The notes beneath the pieces were generated by a model. That model saw nothing but the letters and a program-made list of their open reading frames with translations, made no database searches and was not told where the DNA came from. This document shows positions 35,092 through 45,748 of a stretch of 64,000 nt of DNA, piece by piece. This DNA comes from Salisapilia sapeloensis CBS 127946. Taxonomy: Eukaryota > Protista > Oomycota. A program made the position numbers and the translations under genes. The number at the start of each line of letters is the position of its first letter. The stretch's first letter is position 1. The stretch spans positions 38,063-102,062 of the forward strand of contig JAADVB010000039.1 of NCBI GenBank assembly GCA_023334545.1, read 5' to 3'.

Positions 35092-37064
35092 TTATCGTTC
35101 ACGTCTCGATCTCTTTCGCTCTCGACGGCTCGTGCGATAGCTCGGCCGACGACTTTCACTGCAAGTGCTGCAGCTACTGCTAGAGTAGCTGCGTCCACGA
35201 CTACGACTACGACTACGCCTTCGTCGGCTGCTTCGACGCCTCGGGCTTTCGCTACGACTCCGTCGACGTCTCGACCTGTACGACCTGTCTCGACTGCTCT
35301 CTCGCTCCCTACCTCTTTTCTCGGCATCTCGACGACTGTATGAACGTCTAGGCTTCGATGCTGCCTCCTTCTTCACCACCGTCTTCTCTTCCTTGGTGTA
35401 CTCTTCCTCGACTTCAATCGTCGTCACATCTATCCTCAAACCTCCTCTCTGTTGGTTAAACCCTTCGTCTCCACTCTGTGACTCCTTTAACGCATCGAAT
35501 CGACGCTGCTGCTCTAGCTTCCACCTGTCCAATTCATCATACGCCGCCAACATGTCCTTGGCCTTGCGTTCCGTCAAGACATTCCCGTCACGTAATCGAC
35601 GACACCAGCTAAAGCTAAACACTCGATTCTTCTTCCGACACGCAATGTAGGCTGCTGCTTCAGCTAGGAAAGGTGCTGGTACATGCAGACATTGTGGCAG
35701 CCAGAAGAACGCGTTCAAGACACGATCCGCTCGATCGGCAATGGCGTTGCGAAAGTTCTCTGGCATCTCATTCAACACTTGACGCAGGTGGAGGAACGGG
35801 AGCTCCGTCGTGAGTTCATACTTGATGCCTTGGAGCACTTCGATCTCGTAAAAGAGTAGATGCAGTCGCTCCATCTCGAGCACATCTTCATCTCCTGCAA
35901 GCAACGGTCGCTCGAGTATCTCGTGCATCATGTGGACCATGTGCAAGAGCTTCATGCGTTTACTCGAAGCTTTTGCCGAGAGGAAGACACATGCAGCAGC
36001 GAATTTAAACCGCTCTTTTGCGTAGATGCCTCGTTCAAAGACGCGATGGAAAAAGATAGAGGCTGTTAATGCCACATCTCGATCCAGTCCAAGACACTGT
36101 GTCAGTACGTCGATGAACGCGATGGATGTGAAGCGCCAGTGCTGCTTCTTCGCTTGTCTCGAGCCCAAATCACGCGGCTCAAAGAGATACGGACATGTCG
36201 TCCGGTCCACTCGGTCGTGGAGACGACTGGAAGGAGGTGGTGGAAATTGCTGTGCCTGTGCCTCTCGCATCTCGTCTATCCTTTCAGCTTCTGTCTTTGG
36301 CAGCTTCCCTGGTCCTCGCTTCGGCTTGGCCTCTCCTGCAACCAACTTTTTCCATTCCGGGATCTTCATCGGGTACATCCCGAGCTGTGCCCATCTCGTT
36401 AGTGTCTTGTTTAAACGCTTTCGTCCGTCATCTGATGAGCGAGTACTACGGACACAAGCTTGGATGACATCGTCGATCGTTTGATACCACTGGCGCTCAA
36501 CCTGTCGCCTGGACTCTTCTTGAAAGAGTTTCAGAAACTCGTATAGAGCGTAGAAGACCATGAGCCTCGATTGAAAGGGTATGTCTGCATACAAGGCTTT
36601 CTATATAATCGAGCATGACGTTTAGTTATTTGGACTTGCGTACGTAAGAAGAACGAAACGACATGGAGATATGAATCGACAAAGGACCATGCTTGGGTCC
36701 ATCGATGTTTATATCTAGAATCATTTGAATGTATTAACGCTACCTGTTTTAGTTTGACTTGAATCCAAACGGCGTGTTCCGAATGCTCCTTGATAAACGC
36801 CGCCGTCCTGCTCACGAGCTCTCCTTCCGACAATCGAGTCGTTAAACCTTCCAACAACATGTCAAACTCCTCCAGTTCCGCTGCCCACCTTTCATGTGCA
36901 TCAAGAGGCAATTGAGACGTTGGTGGAGGCGTGCCATCCCAAACAAGCGCCGGTCTCGATGGTCCCGATGGAACCTCCTGCTTAATCGGTCGATCACTCG
37001 CGTGACCTGGTCGAGGTGCTTGCAATGCACCCTCCATAAACTTTCGATCGCCAGACCCGCTCAT
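35092..37064 (-). CDS. CID-like domain + transcriptional cyclin (K/L/T-like) + RS-domain protein; 2 exons
   Basis: A phase-0 intron (about 36604-36743) joins AFIKEHSEHAVWIQVKLKQ to KALYADIPFQSRLMVFYALYEFLK..LNKTLTRWAQLGMY. Cyclin box: FIDVLTQCLGL..TASIFFHRVF..AAACVFLSAK..YEIEVLQGIKYELTTELPF. Tail: RSRSRSRGRS. Confidence 0.82.
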
Positions 37065-37269
37065 CACGAGTACAAAAGCGGTTTGAAGCGGATAGGAACG
37101 ATAGAGGCACGTGGACGCCGTCGACCACTGCACGTACCAAGGAAGGCTTTGATCGCGTTTTTACTCTTCGTTTAAGTATACTTTAGAGAAGGTTGCTCGA
37201 AGGTTGCGTATTCTTCTACACCAACAATATAGCACAAGCCATCTTCGTGTGGAAGCAAGGGCCGAGACC

Positions 37270-38892
37270 ATGGCCATGACAGCCCAAGCAGCCGAGAAGG
37301 CCCCAGTACCGAACGACTCGACTGACAGAGCCTTGGATGGCACGTCGTCTCCCTCAACTTCGTCAAAACCCGATGCTTCAAGTGAGAAGGAGCAGATATC
37401 GACGGCCATTGGTGCCAACGGTGGTGTCGACGGTGATGTCGTCGGGGCTGATCTGGTCAAGTGGTTGGAGAAGGAGAGTGCCGATTGCAGTAAACTAGGT
37501 CTGAGGCAGTATGCACCTGAAGTGCGAGGTGTCCACAGTCAGAAACCACTGGTGCCTGGAGAACGCATTCTAACGGTCCCGAAGCAGTGTCTGATCACGG
37601 TCGAGATGGGCAAGAACACATCCATCGGTCGGAAGCTCCTGGCGCATAACATTGACTTTGTCGCACCCAAGCACATCTTCCTCATGATGTTCCTACTCAC
37701 GGACATGGAGAACGTATCTATCTTTATGCCACACTCATCTCGTCAATCTGCTCACGCTTGTATCCTGTAGGCCGATTCATTCTTTGCGCCTTATTATAAA
37801 ACTCTTCCGTCTACTTTAAACAACATGCCGATCTTTTGGACGGACGAGGAGCTCGAGTGGCTACAAGGGTCGTACATTGTTCAGCAAATCCAGGAACGCA
37901 AGGCAGCGATTCGAAAGGACTATGACACCATCTGCCGCATCGACCCAGACTTTAGTCGTTTTTCGCTAGACAAATTCTCATGGGCACGTATGATTGTCTG
38001 CAGTCGGAACTTTGGCCTGACGATCGACGGCATCAAGACCGCTGCCCTCGTGCCGTTCGCAGACATGCTCAACCACTACCGACCTCGCCAAACGAGGTAT
38101 CATCTATATGTATCTATCTTTATGCTTCCGTTCTTATCTCTTCATCATCCTAGTTGGACGTTTGATCAGCAGTTGGACAGTTTTACCATCACGTCGCTCG
38201 GGACACTTGCCACTGGAGCCCAAGTGTACGACTCGTACGGAAAGAAGTGCAACCACAGGTTCCTCCTCAACTACGGCTTTGCCGTGCCGGATAATACGGA
38301 GGAAGACGGTCGAAACCCGAACGAAGTCATGGTCGACTTCCAGCTCAATCCGTCGGACGGATCGCTCTTCTACGACAAACGAGCGTACCTCCAGGATTGG
38401 GGCATCTACACGATGGACTCTCGTCTCAGCTGCTCCCACTCGGACGCCAACACACGCGAAGGTCTGAGCTTTGCTCGTCTCATCGTCGCGACGGAGGACG
38501 AGTTTGCACAGATCAAGCGTCGATCTCCTGCTGCCTACTCTTCCCCTCCTGTCTCGTTTGACAATGAAGTCCGAGCGCTCAAGTATTTGTCGTCGCTCAT
38601 GACAAGTCAGTTGGAAAAGTACGGCACGACGATTGAACAAGATGATGCGTTGCTTGCATCTGGCGACTACCCAGAGTTTTCCAACCGCGTCCAAGCGTTG
38701 TATTTTATACGTGGTGAAAAACGTGTGTGTAGGTACTATGTCGACTTGGCAGAGCAAGTGTCACCGTTATTCAGCTTGCCACTACAAGAGTGTAAGCAAG
38801 AGCTTCAGCGACGTTTTGATGGCGACAACGACGTCTGTCGATACGCACAGGATGTCGTGGCGTACCTCGTGACTGTCCAGCAGGAGAGTTAA
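37270..38892 (+). CDS. SET-domain methyltransferase, SETD3/Rubisco-LSMT type; 3 exons
   Basis: RGVHS..GERILTVP, WARMIVCSRNF, ALVPFADMLNH, QVYDSYGKKCNHRFLLNYGF, and a helical substrate-binding C-terminus. Confidence 0.92.
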
Positions 38893-38959
38893 ACGAAATG
38901 AACAAAGAGTCGTTGGATACCACTTAAAGAAAAAAGAGCTTTCTTTCGTTCGAGTTGGT

Positions 38960-40176
38960 TTAGAAGCCCATCCAACCAGTGTACCATTGGTTCTTGAATT
39001 GGTAGCAAGAGATCATCTCGCGGTACATGACGACGAAGCCGAGACCACACCCAGCAATCGCGAGGTTACGCAGACGATCGTCCTTGATGTAGATAGCCCA
39101 CTGCGCCATGAGGATGGCGAAACCAGCGGCAGCGACGTCCAGACCACCGACGATCAAGCCTTCGACGACGAATTGAGAGCGACCTTGCGGATGGAAGTAC
39201 CGGATCTTGCCACCACGTTCAAAGGAAAAGGCGGGAGGCTCACGGATGATGCAGTAGACCATGCCAGAGACGGAGAGACCGTAGAAGAGGAGAGAGACGA
39301 CCATCCATAGACGCTTGGTGCGGAGTTTAGTGAGAACAAAGTCAAAGTGTAGCAAGACGAAACGAGCTGTGATCGCTAGAATGACGACGACGCCGGCTAG
39401 GAGCGTGTAGGCAAAGACCATGGAACGGCGGATGGCAAAGTCAAAGCCAGTTTTTTGCGCCACGAATGCACGCATGTCCTCTGCTTTCTTCCCGAGAGTA
39501 TACGCATTGTACACGTCACTAGTGGGAACCTGGATTTGCGTCGGCACTGGCTCATTCAAGTCTTGACTACGGTCTGGAGCGACGTAGACGACATGTGGCG
39601 CAGACGTGTATCCGTACTATGGCCATTAGTTAGATGCGGAGGTTGTGAGGAAAGTAGACAAGTCAATTACGATGGCAAAGATGTTTTGAGCTGACTCAAA
39701 GTCGACGACAGCAAAGTACACGTCAAGTCCGTCCCGTGTGTTGATGCCATCAACCTTGGCAGCATCGAAGGACTCGCCCAACACGACGTATTCCGGCATT
39801 AATTGACTAGAAGGGCATTAGCACTCGAGTTTCATAGTCGAATAGACCGATATGGACGACTTTATACGTACTGGCAAAGGTCACACTTGTACTTTTCATT
39901 CTGGACAGTGAACATGACAAAGAGATGGTACGGACGATCAGGCTTGAGCACTAGATCCTTGTACTTTTGCGAATCCAACTGGATCAGACCGTCGCGCTTG
40001 GACTTGTCAAGCTTGGCGATCTTGTCCTTCCCCGACAAAATCGATCCACCAGCTTTCTTTGTACGCTTGGCAGCTACACCATCCTGTACGACGCTTAGGC
40101 TAAGAAGCAGCACGAGCGCCAAGGCCGTGGCAAATCGAAGCGATCGACGTGCCATCTTGCAAACAGGTTTCTGCAT
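38960..40176 (-). CDS. Oligosaccharyltransferase subunit OST3/OST6 (TUSC3/MAGT1 family); multi-exon
   Basis: Signal peptide; RPYHLFVMFT..CDLC thioredoxin-like motif; YFAVVDFE; transmembrane segments with VSGMVYCIIR and QGRSQFVVEG. Confidence 0.9.
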
Positions 40177-40200
40177 TTATGCTCGATCTTGTATTTTTAT

Positions 40201-40239
40201 CCAATCATATATACGCATGAAGGCGTATTTTGACCAATC
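40201..40239. promoter_or_regulatory. Paired CCAAT boxes in the OST3/phosphatase-1 divergent spacer
   Basis: CCAATC at 40201-40206 and 40234-40239. Confidence 0.45.
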
Positions 40240-40278
40240 AAACACGAACAAGCGGAGGTTTAACTTCAAGTTTCGACC

Positions 40279-41528
40279 ATGAATGCGTCATCCAAAATGG
40301 AGCTTGTGCATGTACTAGTGGTATTTCGACATGGAGACCGTTCTCCTTTATCTCGTAAGGTGGAAGGGAAGCTGGCGATGGACTCGAGTGATGCTCAGTT
40401 TTGGATGGAAAAACTACCCGATTTGAGTGATCTACAGCCTCTGAACGATGCTACTCAGATAGTTCGATGTAAGCAGGAGAAATTGATTGACACGGATGGA
40501 CAGGAGTTTCCACCACCTAAGCATGGAGGTAGATGGCCTTATGGACAATTGACAAAAAAAGGCATTGAGCAAATGCAAAGTCGCGGTCAGCAACTCCGAC
40601 ACCAGTACGAGTCGGTTTTCATGCATATGGACCCACTACAGGATGTCTACGTCCACTCGACACACATCCGTCGTACGATCCATTCTGTCCAAAGTTTACT
40701 TTCTGGACTCTTCCCGGACTACTTCCAGCAGCCAAATGGTCAACAGTTCCAAATCCACGTCGACAGCCAAGATACTCTCGCACCATCCCATCCGTATGAT
40801 CTGTACCACGACGTCGCTAGCATCATCGCTGATGATCTAAAGCGTCATCCTCCATCTAAACTACAGGAGACATCGACTCTAGTACAGAAAATTCTTTCAT
40901 TAAACTCTCTTCGACGTATTAACTGGACAGCATGTACAAATATTCATTTCTAATTTCTTCATCGCATAAACTCATCATTTCTATGGATAGTACGAGAGAT
41001 CCTTGTGTGTCGCCAAGCGCATGCACTCGAAATGCCCAAAGGACTGACCGACGAGATCATTGAACAGATTAATAATATCGATTGCTGGATGTGGTATACA
41101 TTGTACGGCAACAAAACGTTTTGCTTTGCCAGTTACCACGCTGGTGTCTCTTGGATCTACTCCCACTTGACAAACGTCCTCCAGGTAGCTATTCTTTCAA
41201 TTCATGTTATGCATCCATACTGAAGTGTACGAAACAGGATAATCGGTACAAGCTATCTTTGCTTTCCGCTCACGACAATTCACTTGTCGCTTTGATCTCA
41301 GCTCTTGGGCTACACATGGATCCGCCGGAGCTACCTTCTTACGGTGCAAACCTGTGCTTCGAATGCTATCGAGACCCTTCTACAAATGACGTGTATCTCC
41401 AAGTTATCTTTGAAGGCAGAGCGATACATTTTAAGAACTATCTTTCTTCCTCCATCGTCCCGTTCTCCCATTTCCAGCATCAGGTCGAAGAATTCCTTCA
41501 TCAACCATCTACAGTAGCTTCACTTTAA
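40279..41528 (+). CDS. Histidine acid phosphatase 1 (ACP6-like); 3 exons
   Basis: VFRHGDRSP, GQLTKKGIEQM..GQQLR..Y, STHIRRTIHS, LSAHDNSL. Introns 40934-40990 and 41185-41237. Confidence 0.93.
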
Positions 41529-41568
41529 GGATTGCGTTTAATAACAATCAACTTGTCGTTTTGATTAT

Positions 41569-42444
41569 CTATCTACGAAACTCTACTCTTGAAGATGTGA
41601 GCTGGAATGCTGACGACACGAAGCGTCCACATGAACATTTCATGCCGTACCAGTTGTATAATCCTAGTTTTGCCTGACACTTTGGACACTGGAGTTTACC
41701 TGATGAAGGATATACTTGCGTTGACATCCATGGCATGACTTCGAGATAGATATTCTGGCAATTGGTATGGTCGAGAGGAATCTGGTTCGACTCACTCCCA
41801 ACGATGAACCTGCACTTCCTACAGCACAATGAGCGCCCACTTGTGGCTGGTTCGTATGTCAACGCAAGGTCTCCATGGTCTTTTCGAGCCTTTGATACGA
41901 TTTGTAAACGAGCGACGGCATGGGCTCGAGAAGCATGATGGAGATCTGGATCTGCTGTCATATTTTCAAAGAGCTCTAGTTGATGCAAGAAACCTTTGTT
42001 GATGTAAATGCAGTTTCGTGCTTCTTGTACAACGTCATACGCTTCCACTAGTCCAAGCTTCTTGGCATGCATGAGGTACGCGACGCACATTGCAGCTGAT
42101 CGAGACTGACCATACACGCAATGCACTAATACGGTCTTATTCGCTGCTAATGCGTCGTCAATAAACTCGATGCTTGGCTGTAAGTGCTCGAGGATAACTT
42201 CCTCTTCAATGTCGAGTACGGCTACGTGCAAGACATCGCAATGGTCTGGAATTGCTAGGGTGTCCGTGCAAATGGATAGTATGGACGTGATGCTATTGTC
42301 ATGGAGGAACGTAGTATCCTCTGCTGCCACTGCATCTCCAATAAACAAGTTGATATCATGTACCTTAGCTGCATGTACGTGTTCATCCACTGCGGGATGG
42401 TTTCTTTGTCTGTTTAACAACGCATCTACTATGCTACTTTGCAT
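41569..42444 (-). CDS. DUSP12: Dual-specificity phosphatase with C-terminal zinc-binding domain (DUSP12/YVH1)
   Basis: VLVHCVYGQSRS catalytic loop; CCRKCR..NC..MPWM..KLQCPKCQAKLG.YNW.GMKCSCG. First plausible ATG is 42444. Confidence 0.92.
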   Translation of the reverse strand: MQSSIVDALLNRQRNHPAVDEHVHAAKVHDINLFIGDAVAAEDTTFLHDNSITSILSICTDTLAIPDHCDVLHVAVLDIEEEVILEHLQPSIEFIDDALAANKTVLVHCVYGQSRSAAMCVAYLMHAKKLGLVEAYDVVQEARNCIYINKGFLHQLELFENMTADPDLHHASRAHAVARLQIVSKARKDHGDLALTYEPATSGRSLCCRKCRFIVGSESNQIPLDHTNCQNIYLEVMPWMSTQVYPSSGKLQCPKCQAKLGLYNWYGMKCSCGRFVSSAFQLTSSRVEFRR

Positions 42445-42505
42445 CCTTTCGTATGAACGATTATGAGCCCTACATTTATTTCTGAACCTACTCTGTATCG
42501 CATAA

Positions 42506-43637
42506 ATGACGTCTGAGCTAGTACTACGATCGCTCTGTGTCATGCACCGGCATGGCGACCGTGCGCCTGTATTCCAAGAAGCAGGCACGAACTTGCGTGT
42601 CACGGATGAAGACCGAGAGTTTTGGAAGCAAGCCATTGGGACACAGGAGCAAGTGGATAAGCTGAGCAAAGTTGGCAAACCGAGTGGGTCATCACAAGAC
42701 CCCAAGCACGGTGGTGAATGGCCATGTGGACACTTGACGCAGAAAGGAATTGGTCAGATGACCCAAGTTGGTCGTGCCATTCGTGACCAGTATGGCGACT
42801 TTATCAACCAAACGTGGCGCAATGACCACGTGGAAGTCCTGTCGACGAATTACTATCGGACTCTCCAATCCGTTCAGGCAGTCCTCACTGGTCTATTCGA
42901 ACTGGACGAGAAGGACGTGAAAGAGCCTTTTGTCATTCGAACGACGGATGAGGATGCCATGGGACCGACGCATTCCATGTCAGTTTATACGGAGATGGAA
43001 AAGTGGGTTGCAAAGGATGTGGAAGAAGCTTTTGATCCGGAGGAACTAAAAAACTTTCGTCAGCAAGTCCGTCAAGTGATCGGACTGCATGGCGATGAAA
43101 TCGTTGGATGGACTGCTGCACGTGACTTAATCACGTGCAATACTGCGCATGGAAGGCCGATTCCGAAGGATTTGGATGACAAGTTAAAGCAGCGTATTTT
43201 AGATATGGAAGGCTGGCTTTGGCATCGACTGTATGCCGACGCAAAGCTATGCCATGATGCCTTTGAAACGGGTGTGCAGGAAGTCTACTCTCGTCTAAAG
43301 AACGCAGTAGAGGTTTGTCTTAGGTGTTCATCGAAGAGATACCGGTACTGATACATGATCATAGGGCAACATTCCACCTGAGCTATCCATTCTGTCAGCA
43401 CACGATGCGTCCATTACGGCGCTTGTGTGTGCTCTCAAGATGGATGCACCAACGCAGAACCCACCATATGGAAGCTATCTAACATTCGAAGTGCTGGAGG
43501 ATCCATCAGACCGTGCTTTCTATATTCGAACGAAACTGAATGGACAGATCCTTCACTTCAATGGCCAGAGCGAAGATGTCGCTCCTTTCTCGCTTGTCCA
43601 ATCTATCTTCGAGACGTTCTTAGGTCACTCTGTCTAA
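42506..43637 (+). CDS. Histidine acid phosphatase 2 (ACP6-like); 2 exons
   Basis: MHRHGDRAP, GHLTQKGIGQM, STNYYRTLQS; intron 43313-43364; LSAHDASI. Confidence 0.93.
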
Positions 43638-43739
43638 TACGACGTGAGAGAGGGAAGATATAGGAGGTTGATAAACACAAACAAGTCTAAAAACCTTGCA
43701 ATCAATGAGATTGGAAATCTGGAGTACTATTGTACTAAC

Positions 43740-44411
43740 CTAGCTATCTATACAGATACTACGTGTATCCTGACGGAAAAGGTTCACACGTGTAGATGCT
43801 GTAGCGTGAAGCCGTCGACGAAGGAGCTCGAGCTGTCGAAGCATACCTTCACCTGCTGTATTGAGTCCTTTCGTCGTTAAAAATGGAGAGAATAGCATGC
43901 CTAGTGGTCCAATGACGATGTGGTTGTATTCATTTGCCTTTGAGGATGCTGTATACGGCTGTAGTTGATGCAACTTGGACAATACGACGGACATATCTCG
44001 ACAAGGAATAAATGTAGCTCGTTGTAGAGCTTCTGAAAAGTGATGTATCAACGAGGAGATCTGAACAGAAGTGTCCAAGCGCTGTCGTGCCATTTCCATC
44101 GCGAGCAATTTACTCATGTACTGACCATTGGGTACTAGGAAAAGCACTCGTTTGCCTTCTAAACTTGCAAGAGCAGTTTCTCGAATACATTCCTGTAGAC
44201 TAGCTGGCGCTTCATCTACTCTGCTCCAAACAGCCTGATCACGAGGCGATTGCTGCTCTAGCATCGTGGCCATTGACGTCATAGGTGACGCAAATGACTT
44301 GGCAACCTCCCAACGTAGCTCCTGTCGATTTTCATCACCTAGTGGTTGCCCCAACAGCTCCTCCACAGTCCCATCTTCCTCCCGACCGAGTACTCGACCT
44401 ATATTCGGCAT
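43740..44411 (-). CDS. Degenerate RAD51D-like RecA-fold protein lacking Walker A and B
   Basis: Colinear resemblance to RAD51D as I recall it: TVEELLGQPL, ELRWEVAKSFASP..TMLEQ, VLFLVPNGQ..SKLL, EALQRATFIPCRDMSVVLSKLHQL, IVIGPLGMLFSPFL, GEGMLRQL. No GxxxxGKT motif. Confidence 0.6.
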   Translation of the reverse strand: MPNIGRVLGREEDGTVEELLGQPLGDENRQELRWEVAKSFASPMTSMATMLEQQSPRDQAVWSRVDEAPASLQECIRETALASLEGKRVLFLVPNGQYMSKLLAMEMARQRLDTSVQISSLIHHFSEALQRATFIPCRDMSVVLSKLHQLQPYTASSKANEYNHIVIGPLGMLFSPFLTTKGLNTAGEGMLRQLELLRRRLHATASTRVNLFRQDTRSICIDS

Positions 44412-44516
44412 GATGTTGTGAACCCGTTCGAAACACAGAAACAGATCGGATCGGAGAGCGATCGATGCTTCGCGTCATAACAACTTCCGTGTCTATTCGT
44501 ATTCGACTTCTACCTC

Positions 44517-45671
44517 ATGAACACCGATAATCTCGTACTGAGGCATGTACTTGCCATGCATCGCCATGGTGAACGTACCCCTGTTACTCCTTACGTAAGT
44601 GACAATTTGAAAATGGATATGGAAGTCTGGAGACAGAGGCTATGCACGGACGAGATTGATGACTTAAATCGTGCGGCCAAGGTCGTCGGGCCGACCAAAA
44701 CCAGTTCCCCTCACGTATATCCCATTCATGATGGCGATAAAGGTCTTCTTGGTCATCTCACTCACCAAGGTACCAAGACCATGCGGGAGCAAGGTCGCAA
44801 GCTACGTGAACGATACGACTCCTTCATCCACGTCACGAGTGACGAGGAACCGGACGACATCGTGCACATCGTTTCCAGCAGCGTCCCACGCACCATTCAG
44901 TCGGTGCAAGCTCTATTACATGGCTGCTTTCCCGAATTGATTGTCAATCAGTCATCTACACCTCCGTTCCACATCCATACGTACGAACGTAATGTCCTTG
45001 CTCCTCAGCATCCTACGAGTGATCTCTTCAAGATCGAGACGATGTTGCAAGACGAAATTGCCAAGCGTTCTGACAGTGAAAAGGAAGCGAATGCAAAGTT
45101 GAAAAAGCTCTTGCAAACGCAGCTTCATCTCCCAGAAGACCAACCGTTCGTCTGGACGCTCATTCGAGACACTTTGCGTTGCAATCAAGCGCATGGAGAA
45201 CCATTCCCGGATGGTATTACGGACCAAGTCTTTAAAGAACTAGAGGCGTACGACTCGTGGCTATGGAAAGGTTACTACCAACCTCGGGAAGCGTGTGCAA
45301 AGTACTTTGCCGATGGCGTGAAAGAGATCTATCGTCATCTAGAAAATGCTGTCAATAGGTCCAAAGCAATTGATGCTCAGACACCATCCGCGTCGTCTCC
45401 AGCACCAAGACTAACGATCTGCTCTGCCCACGACAACTCCCTCGTCGCTCTCTCCTACGCTTTGCAACTACAAGTCGTCGACTCTTTGCCAGACTATGGC
45501 GACATGGCGGTCTTTGAAGTCTACGAAGATGTAACGACTCGTGCATTCTACGTCAAAGTCACCTTCGCAGACAAGGAGACTACGTTCAGTGCTTACCCGT
45601 CGTCTGTCTACTGTCCATTCGAGACCTTCCAGGGCATCGTCCAGACGTTTGTCCAGACACAAACAGCTTAA
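44517..45671 (+). CDS. Histidine acid phosphatase 3 (ACP6-like), intronless
   Basis: MHRHGERTP, GHLTHQG..MREQGRKLRERY, SSSVPRTIQS, CSAHDNSL. Confidence 0.93.
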   Translation: MNTDNLVLRHVLAMHRHGERTPVTPYVSDNLKMDMEVWRQRLCTDEIDDLNRAAKVVGPTKTSSPHVYPIHDGDKGLLGHLTHQGTKTMREQGRKLRERYDSFIHVTSDEEPDDIVHIVSSSVPRTIQSVQALLHGCFPELIVNQSSTPPFHIHTYERNVLAPQHPTSDLFKIETMLQDEIAKRSDSEKEANAKLKKLLQTQLHLPEDQPFVWTLIRDTLRCNQAHGEPFPDGITDQVFKELEAYDSWLWKGYYQPREACAKYFADGVKEIYRHLENAVNRSKAIDAQTPSASSPAPRLTICSAHDNSLVALSYALQLQVVDSLPDYGDMAVFEVYEDVTTRAFYVKVTFADKETTFSAYPSSVYCPFETFQGIVQTFVQTQTA

Positions 45672-45748
45672 GACTGTCACAATCAAATTGAAAAAAAGGG
45701 TTTGCTCTTGTTTCCATCGTTCTCCATTCTTGTGGACATCTATCTCCT

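Noticed and set aside
42445-42705. 87-codon N-terminal extension of DUSP12 shown in the ORF track
   Set aside because: It is antisense to the conserved RHG region of phosphatase 2 and has no DUSP12-like features; ATG 42444 is more plausible.
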